Shown one piece after another: positions 38,494-46,268 of a DNA stretch of 46,268 nt. Origin of the DNA: a virus (Duplodnaviria; Caudoviricetes); IMG/VR virus record IMGVR_UViG_3300046779_000664, positions 1-46,268 of that record; one strand, given 5' to 3'. How positions within the stretch are numbered: position 1 is the stretch's first letter; each line of letters begins with the position of its first letter. Both the position numbers and the translations under genes were made by a program. Under the pieces are notes generated by a model. That model had not been told where the DNA came from. It did no database searches and was given only the letters and a program-made list of their open reading frames with translations.

Positions 38494-39492
38494 ATGAGTA
38501 TTGGTGATATAATCTATTCTTACATTCCGGCAAGACATAAGAACACACCTAGCGGATGGACTAAATTCAACGCGGTGTGCTGTCACCATAATGGAACTAG
38601 CGCAGACACACGTCAACGTGGCGGTATAATTAGAAACGGCGACGGTGTTAGTTACCATTGCTTCAACTGTGGATTCAAAACAAGTTATCAACCTGGTAGA
38701 CACTTAACACGCAAAATGCGACAACTGTTAGGTTGGATGGGCGCACCAGACGATGTTGTTACTAAACTAAGTTTGGAAGCATTAAAGATTGAATCTGACG
38801 AAAAGGCTTTAGAAGCCGTAACACTTCCAACATTCGAAGATAAACCTTTGCCAGAAGGTGCTATGCCCATCGACGAATGGATTCAAATATCTAATAAGTT
38901 ACCCGACGACTTACGGGCAAATCTTGAAGAAGTAGTCGAATATGTTGTTGGACGTAGATTCTTTTTAATACCCGGTATGTTTTACTGGAGTCCATTAAAT
39001 GGATTTGCAGATAGAGTAATAATCCCATTTAAGTATCAGGGACGTATTGTAGGTAATACTGCTCGTAAGGTCACGGCAGGTAAACCCAAGTACATCAGTG
39101 AACAAACACCCGGCTATGTGTTTAACTTAGACAACCAGACACTGGATAGAGAATTCGTGATTGTCTGCGAAGGCCCATTTGATGCGCTAAGTATTGATGG
39201 TGTTGCTATCCTAGGTGCAGAGATTATGGACAAGCAAGCCCTGTTACTAAACAGACTCAATCGCAGAGTTATTGTTGTTCCAGACAAAGACGCAGATGGT
39301 GCCCGCACAGTTGAACAGGCTGTGGCAAATGGTTACGCAGTAAGTATGCCAGATTGGCCCGATGGTGTTAAAGATGTTAATGATGCAGTATTAAAGTTAG
39401 GTAGACTAATGGCATTGTATCTCATTGTTACACAAGCAGAAGACAACGAATTAAAAATTAGATTAAAGGCTAAAAAATGGTTCGCAAGTTAA
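38494..39492 (+). CDS. DNA primase (gp61/DnaG-like, Zn ribbon plus TOPRIM)
   Basis: CC...YHCFNCG, RVIIPF, ARK...PKY, EGPFDA, PDKD..G, KDVND. Confidence 0.9.
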   Translation: MSIGDIIYSYIPARHKNTPSGWTKFNAVCCHHNGTSADTRQRGGIIRNGDGVSYHCFNCGFKTSYQPGRHLTRKMRQLLGWMGAPDDVVTKLSLEALKIESDEKALEAVTLPTFEDKPLPEGAMPIDEWIQISNKLPDDLRANLEEVVEYVVGRRFFLIPGMFYWSPLNGFADRVIIPFKYQGRIVGNTARKVTAGKPKYISEQTPGYVFNLDNQTLDREFVIVCEGPFDALSIDGVAILGAEIMDKQALLLNRLNRRVIVVPDKDADGARTVEQAVANGYAVSMPDWPDGVKDVNDAVLKLGRLMALYLIVTQAEDNELKIRLKAKKWFAS

Positions 39493-39560
39493 TACAAAGT
39501 ATTCAAAATTATTTTAAGGAGAGGGCACGACGCCGTCGTGATCCGTTTATCTACAAATGA
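39477..39560 (+). CDS. Small basic peptide MVRKLIQSIQNYFKERARRRRDPFIYK
   Basis: Not in ORF track; bridges the primase end and the carbamoyltransferase start with an ATGA overlap; AAGG upstream. Confidence 0.6.
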   Translation: MVRKLIQSIQNYFKERARRRRDPFIYK

Positions 39561-40501
39561 TTGAGTGGGGCATTAACGCATTAAATCATGGTAGTAGTCT
39601 TGCTGTATTCAAAGACGGTAAGTTAAAGTTTTGGAACAACAGCACAGAGGATCGACTACCTAGTTCGTTTATACACACGGCACTAGGACATGGCAGTCCC
39701 GATAAGATTTATTGGTATGAACAACCTTGGGTTAAGAAAGCAAGACAAATATACGCCGGGCAATACTCTACAGCATTTGACCTTAAAAACTTACCCAGCC
39801 ATTATCTTAAACAAGCAGGCCTAAGTTACAGTCCTGTAGTATATACTCCACACCACGCTAGTCACGCCGCGGCAGGTTATTACACAAGTCCGTTTAATGA
39901 TTGTGCTGTTGTAGTGTTAGATGCTATTGGAGAATTTGAATCTGCAACCATTTGGCATGCCGGCCATGGCGAACTAAAGAAAGTTTGGAGTCGCAGTTAT
40001 CCTAATAGCCTTGGATTATTTTATAGTGCCTTTACTAAGTTAGTAGGACTTGAGCCCATTCGTCAAGAAGCAATCTTTGAAAAGATGGCTGAACAAGGCA
40101 ATCCTAAACGTTTCTATGACGAAGTTAAAGATTATATGGACACGCTAGTTCGTAACACACGTAATCTACATAGAGGTGTCCAGGACTGGCCCTATGAAAT
40201 AGATAACTTGCAAACACAATGTGACATAGCCGCGGCAGTACAACAAGTGTTTCAAGACCAAGTTTATGGTGTGTTTAGTTTGGCAAAGGATCTAACTGAC
40301 AGCGATTGTGTAGTTTACATGGGCGGTTGTGCATTTAATAAAACAGCCAATAAACAAATAAACGACAAATTCAAATACGTATGGAGCCTACCTAATCCTG
40401 GAGATGCTAGTAGTAGTTTAGGTGCAGTATTATATCATCAACGATACAGGGTTTGGGATTGGCAATTAGAAACTTGCAAACACATAGATATAAAAGTATA
40501 A
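39557..40501 (+). CDS. Carbamoyltransferase (NodU/CmcH family), N-terminal Kae1-like domain only
   Basis: HHASHAAA, DAIGE, SLGLFY..FT...G, DIAAAVQ, GGCAFN, PNPGDASSSLGA; 314 aa. Confidence 0.85.
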   Translation: MIEWGINALNHGSSLAVFKDGKLKFWNNSTEDRLPSSFIHTALGHGSPDKIYWYEQPWVKKARQIYAGQYSTAFDLKNLPSHYLKQAGLSYSPVVYTPHHASHAAAGYYTSPFNDCAVVVLDAIGEFESATIWHAGHGELKKVWSRSYPNSLGLFYSAFTKLVGLEPIRQEAIFEKMAEQGNPKRFYDEVKDYMDTLVRNTRNLHRGVQDWPYEIDNLQTQCDIAAAVQQVFQDQVYGVFSLAKDLTDSDCVVYMGGCAFNKTANKQINDKFKYVWSLPNPGDASSSLGAVLYHQRYRVWDWQLETCKHIDIKV

Positions 40502-40502
40502 T
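40474..40502 (+). promoter_or_regulatory. Sigma70-type promoter for helicase
   Basis: TTGCAA, 17 nt spacer, TATAAT; ATG 6 nt downstream with no SD. Confidence 0.68.
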
Positions 40503-40508
40503 AGTACA

Positions 40509-41957
40509 ATGACAAGACAGAATACAGACTACGGATTCGATATACAAAAACTATATTTGGAAATGATGCTCAGTGACGCAGGAACATTTGTGCGTTGCCA
40601 AAGTATCTTTGATCCAACATTATTTGACCGTCGCTTACAAGATGCGGCAGAGTTCTTAAATGGTTATGTTACAGAGCATAACGCATTGCCCACGTATGAT
40701 ATGGTACGTGCGGCCACTAAGACAGAACTTAATGAGCCAGGCATACTCAAAGACGAACACTATGATTGGCTCATGGCAGAGTTTGAAACATTTACTCGCC
40801 ACAAAGGACTTGAACGTGCCATTCTTAAGTCAGCAGACTTGTTGGAAGAAGGCAACTATGGTCCAGTAGAAGATATGATTAAAGCGGCTGTGCAGATTGG
40901 CTTGCAAAAAGACATGGGCACAGACTACTGGGCAGATCCTAAAGGACGCTTACTAGGACTTAAAGATAAAAACGGACAAGTTAAGACTGGTTGGGATACA
41001 GTTGATAAACGCTTATTTGGAGGTATGAACCGTGGAGAACTTAACATTTTTGCCGGTGGATCAGGTGCAGGTAAATCCCTCTTTCTTGCTAACCTTGGCG
41101 TAAACTGGGCCTTACAAGGATTGAATGTTTGCTACTTAACACTTGAACTTAGCGAAGCACTAGTGTCCATGCGTGTAGACTCAATGACCACAGGCATTAG
41201 TACTAAAGAGATTTTCAAGGATCTTGACAACGTCGAAATGAAAGTTAAGATGATTGGTAAGAAGTCGGGCGCATTCCAAGTTAAGTATATGCCGTCAGGT
41301 AAAACAACCAACGACATTCGTGCTTACTTAAAAGAGTACGAAATTAAAATGGGCCGTAAAGTCGACGTACTGTTAGTGGACTACATGGACTTGTTGTTAC
41401 CTATCAGCAAGAAGATTTCAGCAGAAAACTTGTTCGTTAAAGACAAGTATGTAGCAGAAGAACTACGTAACTTGGCCATGGAAAAGCAATGTGTATTTGT
41501 TACTGCGGCACAGTTGAACCGTGGTGCTGTTGAAGAAGTTGAATTTGATCACAGTCACATTTCAGGTGGTTTAAGTAAGATTCAAACTGCTGACAACGTC
41601 TTTGGTATCTTTACTAGCCGTGCTATGCGTGAACGTGGCAAGTATCAAATTCAGTTAATGAAAACTCGTAGTTCAAGCGGCGTGGGTATGAAGATTGACT
41701 TGGACTTTGATATCGATACACTACGCATTACAGACCCCGGACTCGAAGGCGACAGCGAGTACAAGCCAAAGTCTAGTGCTATTCTAGATACTTTAAAACG
41801 CACATCATCTACTGCTCCTACAGTAGATCCAGAAACTGGTGAAGTGGATCCGCAAGCAGGTGCTCCTATGCCCAAGATCCGTGCGCAAACCGATAGTACT
41901 AAACTACGTCAATTCTTGAACAACATGAACAGCGACCCAACTGACAGCCCATTTTAA
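40509..41957 (+). CDS. Replicative DnaB-like helicase (T4 gp41-like)
   Basis: TGW..VD..L.GG, Walker A GGSGAGKS, TLEL, VDYMDL, AAQLNR, TAD, KTR. Confidence 0.93.
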   Translation: MTRQNTDYGFDIQKLYLEMMLSDAGTFVRCQSIFDPTLFDRRLQDAAEFLNGYVTEHNALPTYDMVRAATKTELNEPGILKDEHYDWLMAEFETFTRHKGLERAILKSADLLEEGNYGPVEDMIKAAVQIGLQKDMGTDYWADPKGRLLGLKDKNGQVKTGWDTVDKRLFGGMNRGELNIFAGGSGAGKSLFLANLGVNWALQGLNVCYLTLELSEALVSMRVDSMTTGISTKEIFKDLDNVEMKVKMIGKKSGAFQVKYMPSGKTTNDIRAYLKEYEIKMGRKVDVLLVDYMDLLLPISKKISAENLFVKDKYVAEELRNLAMEKQCVFVTAAQLNRGAVEEVEFDHSHISGGLSKIQTADNVFGIFTSRAMRERGKYQIQLMKTRSSSGVGMKIDLDFDIDTLRITDPGLEGDSEYKPKSSAILDTLKRTSSTAPTVDPETGEVDPQAGAPMPKIRAQTDSTKLRQFLNNMNSDPTDSPF

Positions 41958-41990
41958 GTTAAATACTAGTCTACAAGGGACTAGTATAAA

Positions 41991-43301
41991 ATGGCATCAG
42001 GATCAGCACCACAAAGAAATATACGCTTACAAGGAAGAACTTCTGCTTCCTTGAACAACGCTGGTAGCGCCGGCGAAATCTTCTGGGATAGTACCACAAA
42101 TGCTTTGCGCTTGTATAATGGACAAATAGTCGGTGGTCGAGTAATTGCTGACAGAGTATGGGTACAATCGCAGATAGACAACATCGATACTTTTAGCGGC
42201 AACTATAACGACTTAACTAACAAGCCTGTAATTCCAAGTTTAACAGGCTATGCTACGGAATCTTATGTTACTCAAGCAATTAGCGGCATCGATTTAACCG
42301 GATACGCTACTGAAACGTATGTAAGCACAGCACTATCTGGCTATGCTACCGAAACGTATGTCTCTACAGCATTAACCGGTTACGCCACAGAATCTTATGT
42401 TACTTCGGCCCTTGGCGATGTTTCTGTAGATTTAACAGGATATGCTACGGAATCTTATGTTACAACAGCCATATCTAATCTAATAGATACTGCTCCTACT
42501 ACATTAAACACATTAAATGAACTTGCGGCGGCGCTGGGCGACGATGCTAACTTTGCTAGTACAGTTACCACCGCATTAGGTAATAAAGCACCGTTAAACA
42601 GTCCAAGTTTTACGGGCACAACCGAAATTACAGGCGACGACAATCGTTTAGTCATTGACTCGACGCAGACAATATTTACTAGTTCTTATAACGATACTCC
42701 GCCTGTTAATATTAAGCCATCGGCATTAGATTATAATTATACAGCAGTAAATCTTGCTCCGATGATAGGAGATGTTAGAATCGCAACAAATGCTAGTAGT
42801 AGATTAACTTTAGACTGTAGTGTTGCTTGGGGACAATCTAACGCTAACTTTGACATTTACGGTTATGGTCAAATTAACCTAGACAGCTCTGTAAGCACTT
42901 ATCGCGGTGTAATTAAAAAGTTCAAAGCCACAGATATTGAATTTGAAAATACCTGCGAAGTTATGACATCCTTAACTGGCGCTACAGGTGTAGTTGCTCA
43001 TAATTATAACTCAGGAACTGTATTTTATCATTCTAGCATAAGCGGAAACTTTACAGCAAACTTTACCAACATGCCTACAACCACCAACAGAGTTATAAGC
43101 ATGACATTAATACTATCGCAAGGCGCCACATCCTACATTCCAAGCGCAGTACAAATTAACGGCACAAGCCAATCTATACAGTGGTTTACAGGCACAACGC
43201 CCACAGGACTAGCCAACAAGGTTGATATTGTTACATTTAACATAATTAGAACTTCGGGTGGTGCGTGGACAGTACTTGGCAGTTTAAGTACATTTGGATA
43301 A
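41991..43301 (+). CDS. Tail fibre-like protein with YATESYV repeats
   Basis: FSGNYNDLTNKP, five GYATE(S/T)YV repeats, APTTLNTLNELAAALGDD.NFA fibre motif. Confidence 0.8.
   Translation: MASGSAPQRNIRLQGRTSASLNNAGSAGEIFWDSTTNALRLYNGQIVGGRVIADRVWVQSQIDNIDTFSGNYNDLTNKPVIPSLTGYATESYVTQAISGIDLTGYATETYVSTALSGYATETYVSTALTGYATESYVTSALGDVSVDLTGYATESYVTTAISNLIDTAPTTLNTLNELAAALGDDANFASTVTTALGNKAPLNSPSFTGTTEITGDDNRLVIDSTQTIFTSSYNDTPPVNIKPSALDYNYTAVNLAPMIGDVRIATNASSRLTLDCSVAWGQSNANFDIYGYGQINLDSSVSTYRGVIKKFKATDIEFENTCEVMTSLTGATGVVAHNYNSGTVFYHSSISGNFTANFTNMPTTTNRVISMTLILSQGATSYIPSAVQINGTSQSIQWFTGTTPTGLANKVDIVTFNIIRTSGGAWTVLGSLSTFG
42240..42470 (+). repeat. Five coding repeats of L(T/S)GYATE(S/T)YV
   Basis: Visible in protein and DNA (e.g. 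ttaacaggctatgctacggaatcttatgttac). Confidence 0.9.
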
Positions 43302-43305
43302 TCAT

Positions 43306-44505
43306 ATGCCTAGAATATCTGCAATTGGCAATCAAAATATTTTGGGTAAGACAAAAAGTAGATTTGTTGATTTCGTCTACGTTGGTACAGTATTCAAAGA
43401 AGTTATCAGCAATGTTACATTAACCTTACCCAACGGAGTTACAATCAACGGCTCAGATTTAGTCTTTGACAATACTAAGAACACCTACATTGGCTATGAC
43501 CTTCCTGTAAATTTTGATGGTACAAACTGGAGCATGGAAATCGTGTTTGAAGCCGCACAATCTATGTGGGACACTAGTTTTATTTTTAACAGCCCAGGAT
43601 TGATGGGTATTGGCCGTAGCACTCAAGAGTTTACTATGACTGCCATAACCGTTGGCACTAGCAGTGGAAATTATAGCATCCAACCATGGAGTTCTACCAA
43701 CTATACAGGCAACAGTAGTGCCGCGACCAGCAGTCCAGCGGGCCAAACTTATGCTAAATGGATAATAGCACCTGGTGCAGGCTCAACACTTTACTATACC
43801 GGACCTAGCGGTACTATACAAACCACTCCGTTAAGTCTCGGTACTGCTGGTGGCGAGCTAGATAAATTCTTTATAGCAGGCTGGCCATGGGCACCTACAA
43901 CAGGCAAGTACTTGGGTAAGATTCGCGCGGCCAGACTAAGCAGTCCTGCAGACACTACCGTTCCAACCAGTGTTCCTGTTTTTACTTCAGCCAGCGCCAC
44001 TGCTAACGATAGAGTTTTTATTGTAGGCACAGGCACACCAGTACCTGCTATAGGCAGTTTTTGGGAAGGCGGATATTATATTGGCAACATACAAGTGGGC
44101 AGTCTTACCTATGCTGTAATCATAGCCGACCAAGCAACTAAATCTGTTGCGGCCGCACATACAGGCGGAGTGCCCACAGATGGTTCTACTAGTTTAGTAG
44201 ACGGACGAACTAATACAGCACTTCAAACCAATGCGGCCAATGCTGCCGCAAACTATTGTCGTAGCATTAGTCTAAACGGTTACACAGATTGGTACTTGCC
44301 TGCTAAAGACGAAGTTGACCTAGCATGGGCAAACAAAGCATCCATACCGTCGGCACAAATCACCGACTTACAGTTAGTAACTAGTAGTCAGACTAGTACG
44401 TTTTATTGGGGACAAAATTTGAGTAGTATCCCTCGCCAACAGTATCTTGTTAACTTAAATCAAACAGGTTGGGTACGTCCAGTTAGAAGAGTTAGGATAG
44501 CCTGA
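43306..44505 (+). CDS. Receptor-binding-like protein with C-terminal DUF1566 / C-type-lectin-like domain
   Basis: IGSFWEGGYY.G, DGRTNT, AANYC....NGYTDWYLPAKDE, VRPVRR; alternative start at 43294. Confidence 0.7.
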   Translation: MPRISAIGNQNILGKTKSRFVDFVYVGTVFKEVISNVTLTLPNGVTINGSDLVFDNTKNTYIGYDLPVNFDGTNWSMEIVFEAAQSMWDTSFIFNSPGLMGIGRSTQEFTMTAITVGTSSGNYSIQPWSSTNYTGNSSAATSSPAGQTYAKWIIAPGAGSTLYYTGPSGTIQTTPLSLGTAGGELDKFFIAGWPWAPTTGKYLGKIRAARLSSPADTTVPTSVPVFTSASATANDRVFIVGTGTPVPAIGSFWEGGYYIGNIQVGSLTYAVIIADQATKSVAAAHTGGVPTDGSTSLVDGRTNTALQTNAANAAANYCRSISLNGYTDWYLPAKDEVDLAWANKASIPSAQITDLQLVTSSQTSTFYWGQNLSSIPRQQYLVNLNQTGWVRPVRRVRIA

Positions 44506-44529
44506 TCTTGAATAATATGAATTCGGATC

Positions 44530-45177
44530 CTACTGACAGTCCGTTTTAACTAGAGCCTGTACAAACTCCCTGAGCCTTAGCCAATCCCTGCCCTGGTGAA
44601 AATGCCCCCGCATCCAACTAGGGTAGTCATACCACGATAGTTCACTTTCAGGATGACAACCTATTAGGCCTATGCGATTCTGCTGTATGGCCATAGCATC
44701 ACCATTGGCATAGGTAGCCCAAGTAGTTCTACTACCCGAACCAAATATACTACAGCCATCGTAGAAGTACATGGTTGTGGATTCGCCCTGCCAAGAAATC
44801 TGTATGTTTTTAGCATGTGGGCGACGAGTATCCGCCCCGGGCCTAGTTATATACTGCTGACAGTCCAGGTTATCTAGGATATCCAAGTACTCGGGCCCTG
44901 CCCAATAAGCACCCATGCATACACCTAGATAACTACCGCCCTGACTGATATACTGTCTTATGGGCTCCTTGTGATAACGCATAAGCCTATGGAACTGTTC
45001 TGAGTCGCCCTGTCCTCCTGGTACAACAATCAAGTCCTTGCTGTCAAAGAATCCCGATTCCACTTCCCTGGGCCCAAACACACTAATACGAAAGTCCTCA
45101 CCCAATACGTTTATTATAGCATTGGCGCACTGAACAGAGCAGTATGGGTCAGCAATGAATATTGAACAGGACTTCAT
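44530..45177 (-). CDS. BPL_N-like class I glutamine amidotransferase-fold protein
   Basis: VPGG.GD, GGSYLGVCMGAYWA, YFYDG, LIGCHPE (Cys-His-Glu triad). Confidence 0.8.
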   Translation of the reverse strand: MKSCSIFIADPYCSVQCANAIINVLGEDFRISVFGPREVESGFFDSKDLIVVPGGQGDSEQFHRLMRYHKEPIRQYISQGGSYLGVCMGAYWAGPEYLDILDNLDCQQYITRPGADTRRPHAKNIQISWQGESTTMYFYDGCSIFGSGSRTTWATYANGDAMAIQQNRIGLIGCHPESELSWYDYPSWMRGHFHQGRDWLRLREFVQALVKTDCQ

Positions 45178-45246
45178 TACAGATATTTACCCAGGGCGAG
45201 AGTCTCGAAGCGGCGAAGCCGCAGAGCGGTAAAAAGCCAAAAATTT

Positions 45247-45277
45247 AGGGTCAATTATCTGCGTAGATAACGACCCT
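45247..45277 (-). terminator. Hairpin terminator downstream of pqqA
   Basis: AGGGTC..TTATCT-GCGT-AGATAA.GACCCT stem flanked by A/T tracts. Confidence 0.6.
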
Positions 45278-45295
45278 TTTTATTACCTCACACGC

Positions 45296-45367
45296 TTACT
45301 TGTTCATTACGTACATAGTAACTTCAAAGCCAAAGCGCATTTCAGTAGCACTAGGTTTAGTCCACAT
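45296..45367 (-). CDS. pqqA: Pyrroloquinoline quinone precursor peptide PqqA
   Basis: Not in ORF track. Translates MWTKPSATEMRFGFEVTMYVMNK with the W.KP...R.GFEVT.Y signature (E-x3-Y); AAGGAG RBS at 45376-45381. Confidence 0.95.
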   Translation of the reverse strand: MWTKPSATEMRFGFEVTMYVMNK

Positions 45368-45476
45368 AGTAGTGTCTCCTTAGTTAGTTAATAAACATAC
45401 TCGAGTTGTACAAGTATGTATCAGTATATTAACACTAAATGCCCCTAAAACACATACTGAAAACCATTAAATGAGC

Positions 45477-45755
45477 CTAGTGAATTGTATGCTCGTCCCA
45501 AGGCACTTCTATGGCTGTTTCTAGTATAAGTTCATACTGCTCACGGTCGTTTAAGTCTGCCATACGCTGTGTAAACAAACTAAACAATATACCCGTTATG
45601 GCATCAGGATCTACGCCTGACTCTTCTAACTTAGTAGACAATGCTTCAAACGTTACTAACAACAGTTCTTCAACTTGGTCTTCTGTTAACTTACTATAGT
45701 CCTCGTTGGGAACTAACTCTTCTACCTTTGGCTGCTTCTGACTACGTTTTGCCAT
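45477..45755 (-). CDS. Small acidic hypothetical protein
   Basis: AAGGAG RBS; ends in TIH. Confidence 0.7.
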   Translation of the reverse strand: MAKRSQKQPKVEELVPNEDYSKLTEDQVEELLLVTFEALSTKLEESGVDPDAITGILFSLFTQRMADLNDREQYELILETAIEVPWDEHTIH

Positions 45756-45766
45756 TGACGCTCCTT

Positions 45767-46050
45767 AAAATGGGTCTTGCCGAGTTTTAAAAATTTCTGC
45801 GTAAAAAATTTTGAGTGGGTACTTATAGTGGTGCCCAGGTTGTTTTTGGCTGTGTGTACTGTACTTATCACTATACATAACGGTCGACAAATAAACCTTT
45901 AGTATAACGGTTTCTACGATAGTACTGATGGCCGTAAGTAATATATCTGTGCATAGCTCGCTCCTATACACTTATATAGTGATTTAACTGTCTTCGGGCT
46001 GGAGCCAAAATGGGTCCACAGGGGTTACAAAATCTGCGCCGCGAAAAATT
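45767..46050. repeat. Two degenerate 44-nt direct repeats 240 nt apart
   Basis: AAAATGGGTC...AAAAT..CTGCG...AAAAATT at 45767-45810 and 46007-46050. Confidence 0.55.
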
Positions 46051-46268
46051 AAAAGATAGGGTATTTTTCCCTCGACCTGGTGATTTTGTACCTATATGGT
46101 TGAAAAAAACAGGTGTTAGCAAGTGTTGTTTTTTTACAACAAATTTATTTGTATAGCCTCTCGGTCTTTTTTTTTCGAAAAAATATTTCTATACCTCTCG
46201 AGATTTTTTTCTAAAAAAAATCCTCTGACTACCGGGAGCGAATCGGATTTATGTCAGAGGATCAAAAC

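Noticed and set aside
42240-42470. CRISPR-like repeat array
   Set aside because: Repeats are in-frame, vary at synonymous positions and lack unique spacers; they are protein repeats
43306-44505. Diversity-generating retroelement suggested by the DUF1566/C-lectin-like C-terminus and the Mtd_N-like gene at 4656
   Set aside because: No reverse transcriptase and no template-repeat copy of the 3' region seen in this window
45765-45971. 68-aa minus-strand ORF
   Set aside because: No recognisable motif or RBS, and it overlaps the 44-nt repeat in a probably non-coding region
1-46268. Stop-codon reassignment, as in some large phages
   Set aside because: Core genes are full length in code 11 and tile tightly; TAA, TGA and TAG all serve as stops
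44506-46268. tRNA genes in intergenic or terminal regions
   Set aside because: No cloverleaf with a T-loop GTTCRA and acceptor stem was recognised by eye; tRNAscan-SE would confirm

Overview
This 46.3 kb window is part of a large, AT-rich, contractile-tailed phage genome distantly related to T4 (standard genetic code 11). Positions 1-22.8 kb hold a morphogenesis module: GroES, gp15/gp14/gp13-like neck proteins, tail fibre proteins, an 1106-aa sheath, tube, gp4-like nuclease, terminase and putative internal head proteins. Positions 22.9-42 kb hold a replication/recombination module (gp32, UvsX, UvsY, UvsW, gp62-like subunit, primase, gp41-like helicase), interrupted by a six-gene glycosyltransferase/methyltransferase island. 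An accessory and non-coding end follows. The main observations are: (1) a 189-aa miniature DnaE-like polymerase core that keeps all three catalytic aspartates; (2) a 23-aa PqqA precursor gene missed by the ORF track, with its own RBS and terminator, pointing to a methylotroph host; (3) many TAAATA and sigma70-type promoters placed 4-8 nt before start codons, implying widespread leaderless translation, including a palindromic bidirectional promoter; (4) a half carbamoyltransferase coupled to an unannotated 27-aa ORF ending in PFIY; (5) a possible stand-alone degenerate Hint-fold protein. All family calls come from motif recognition by eye; no searches were run.
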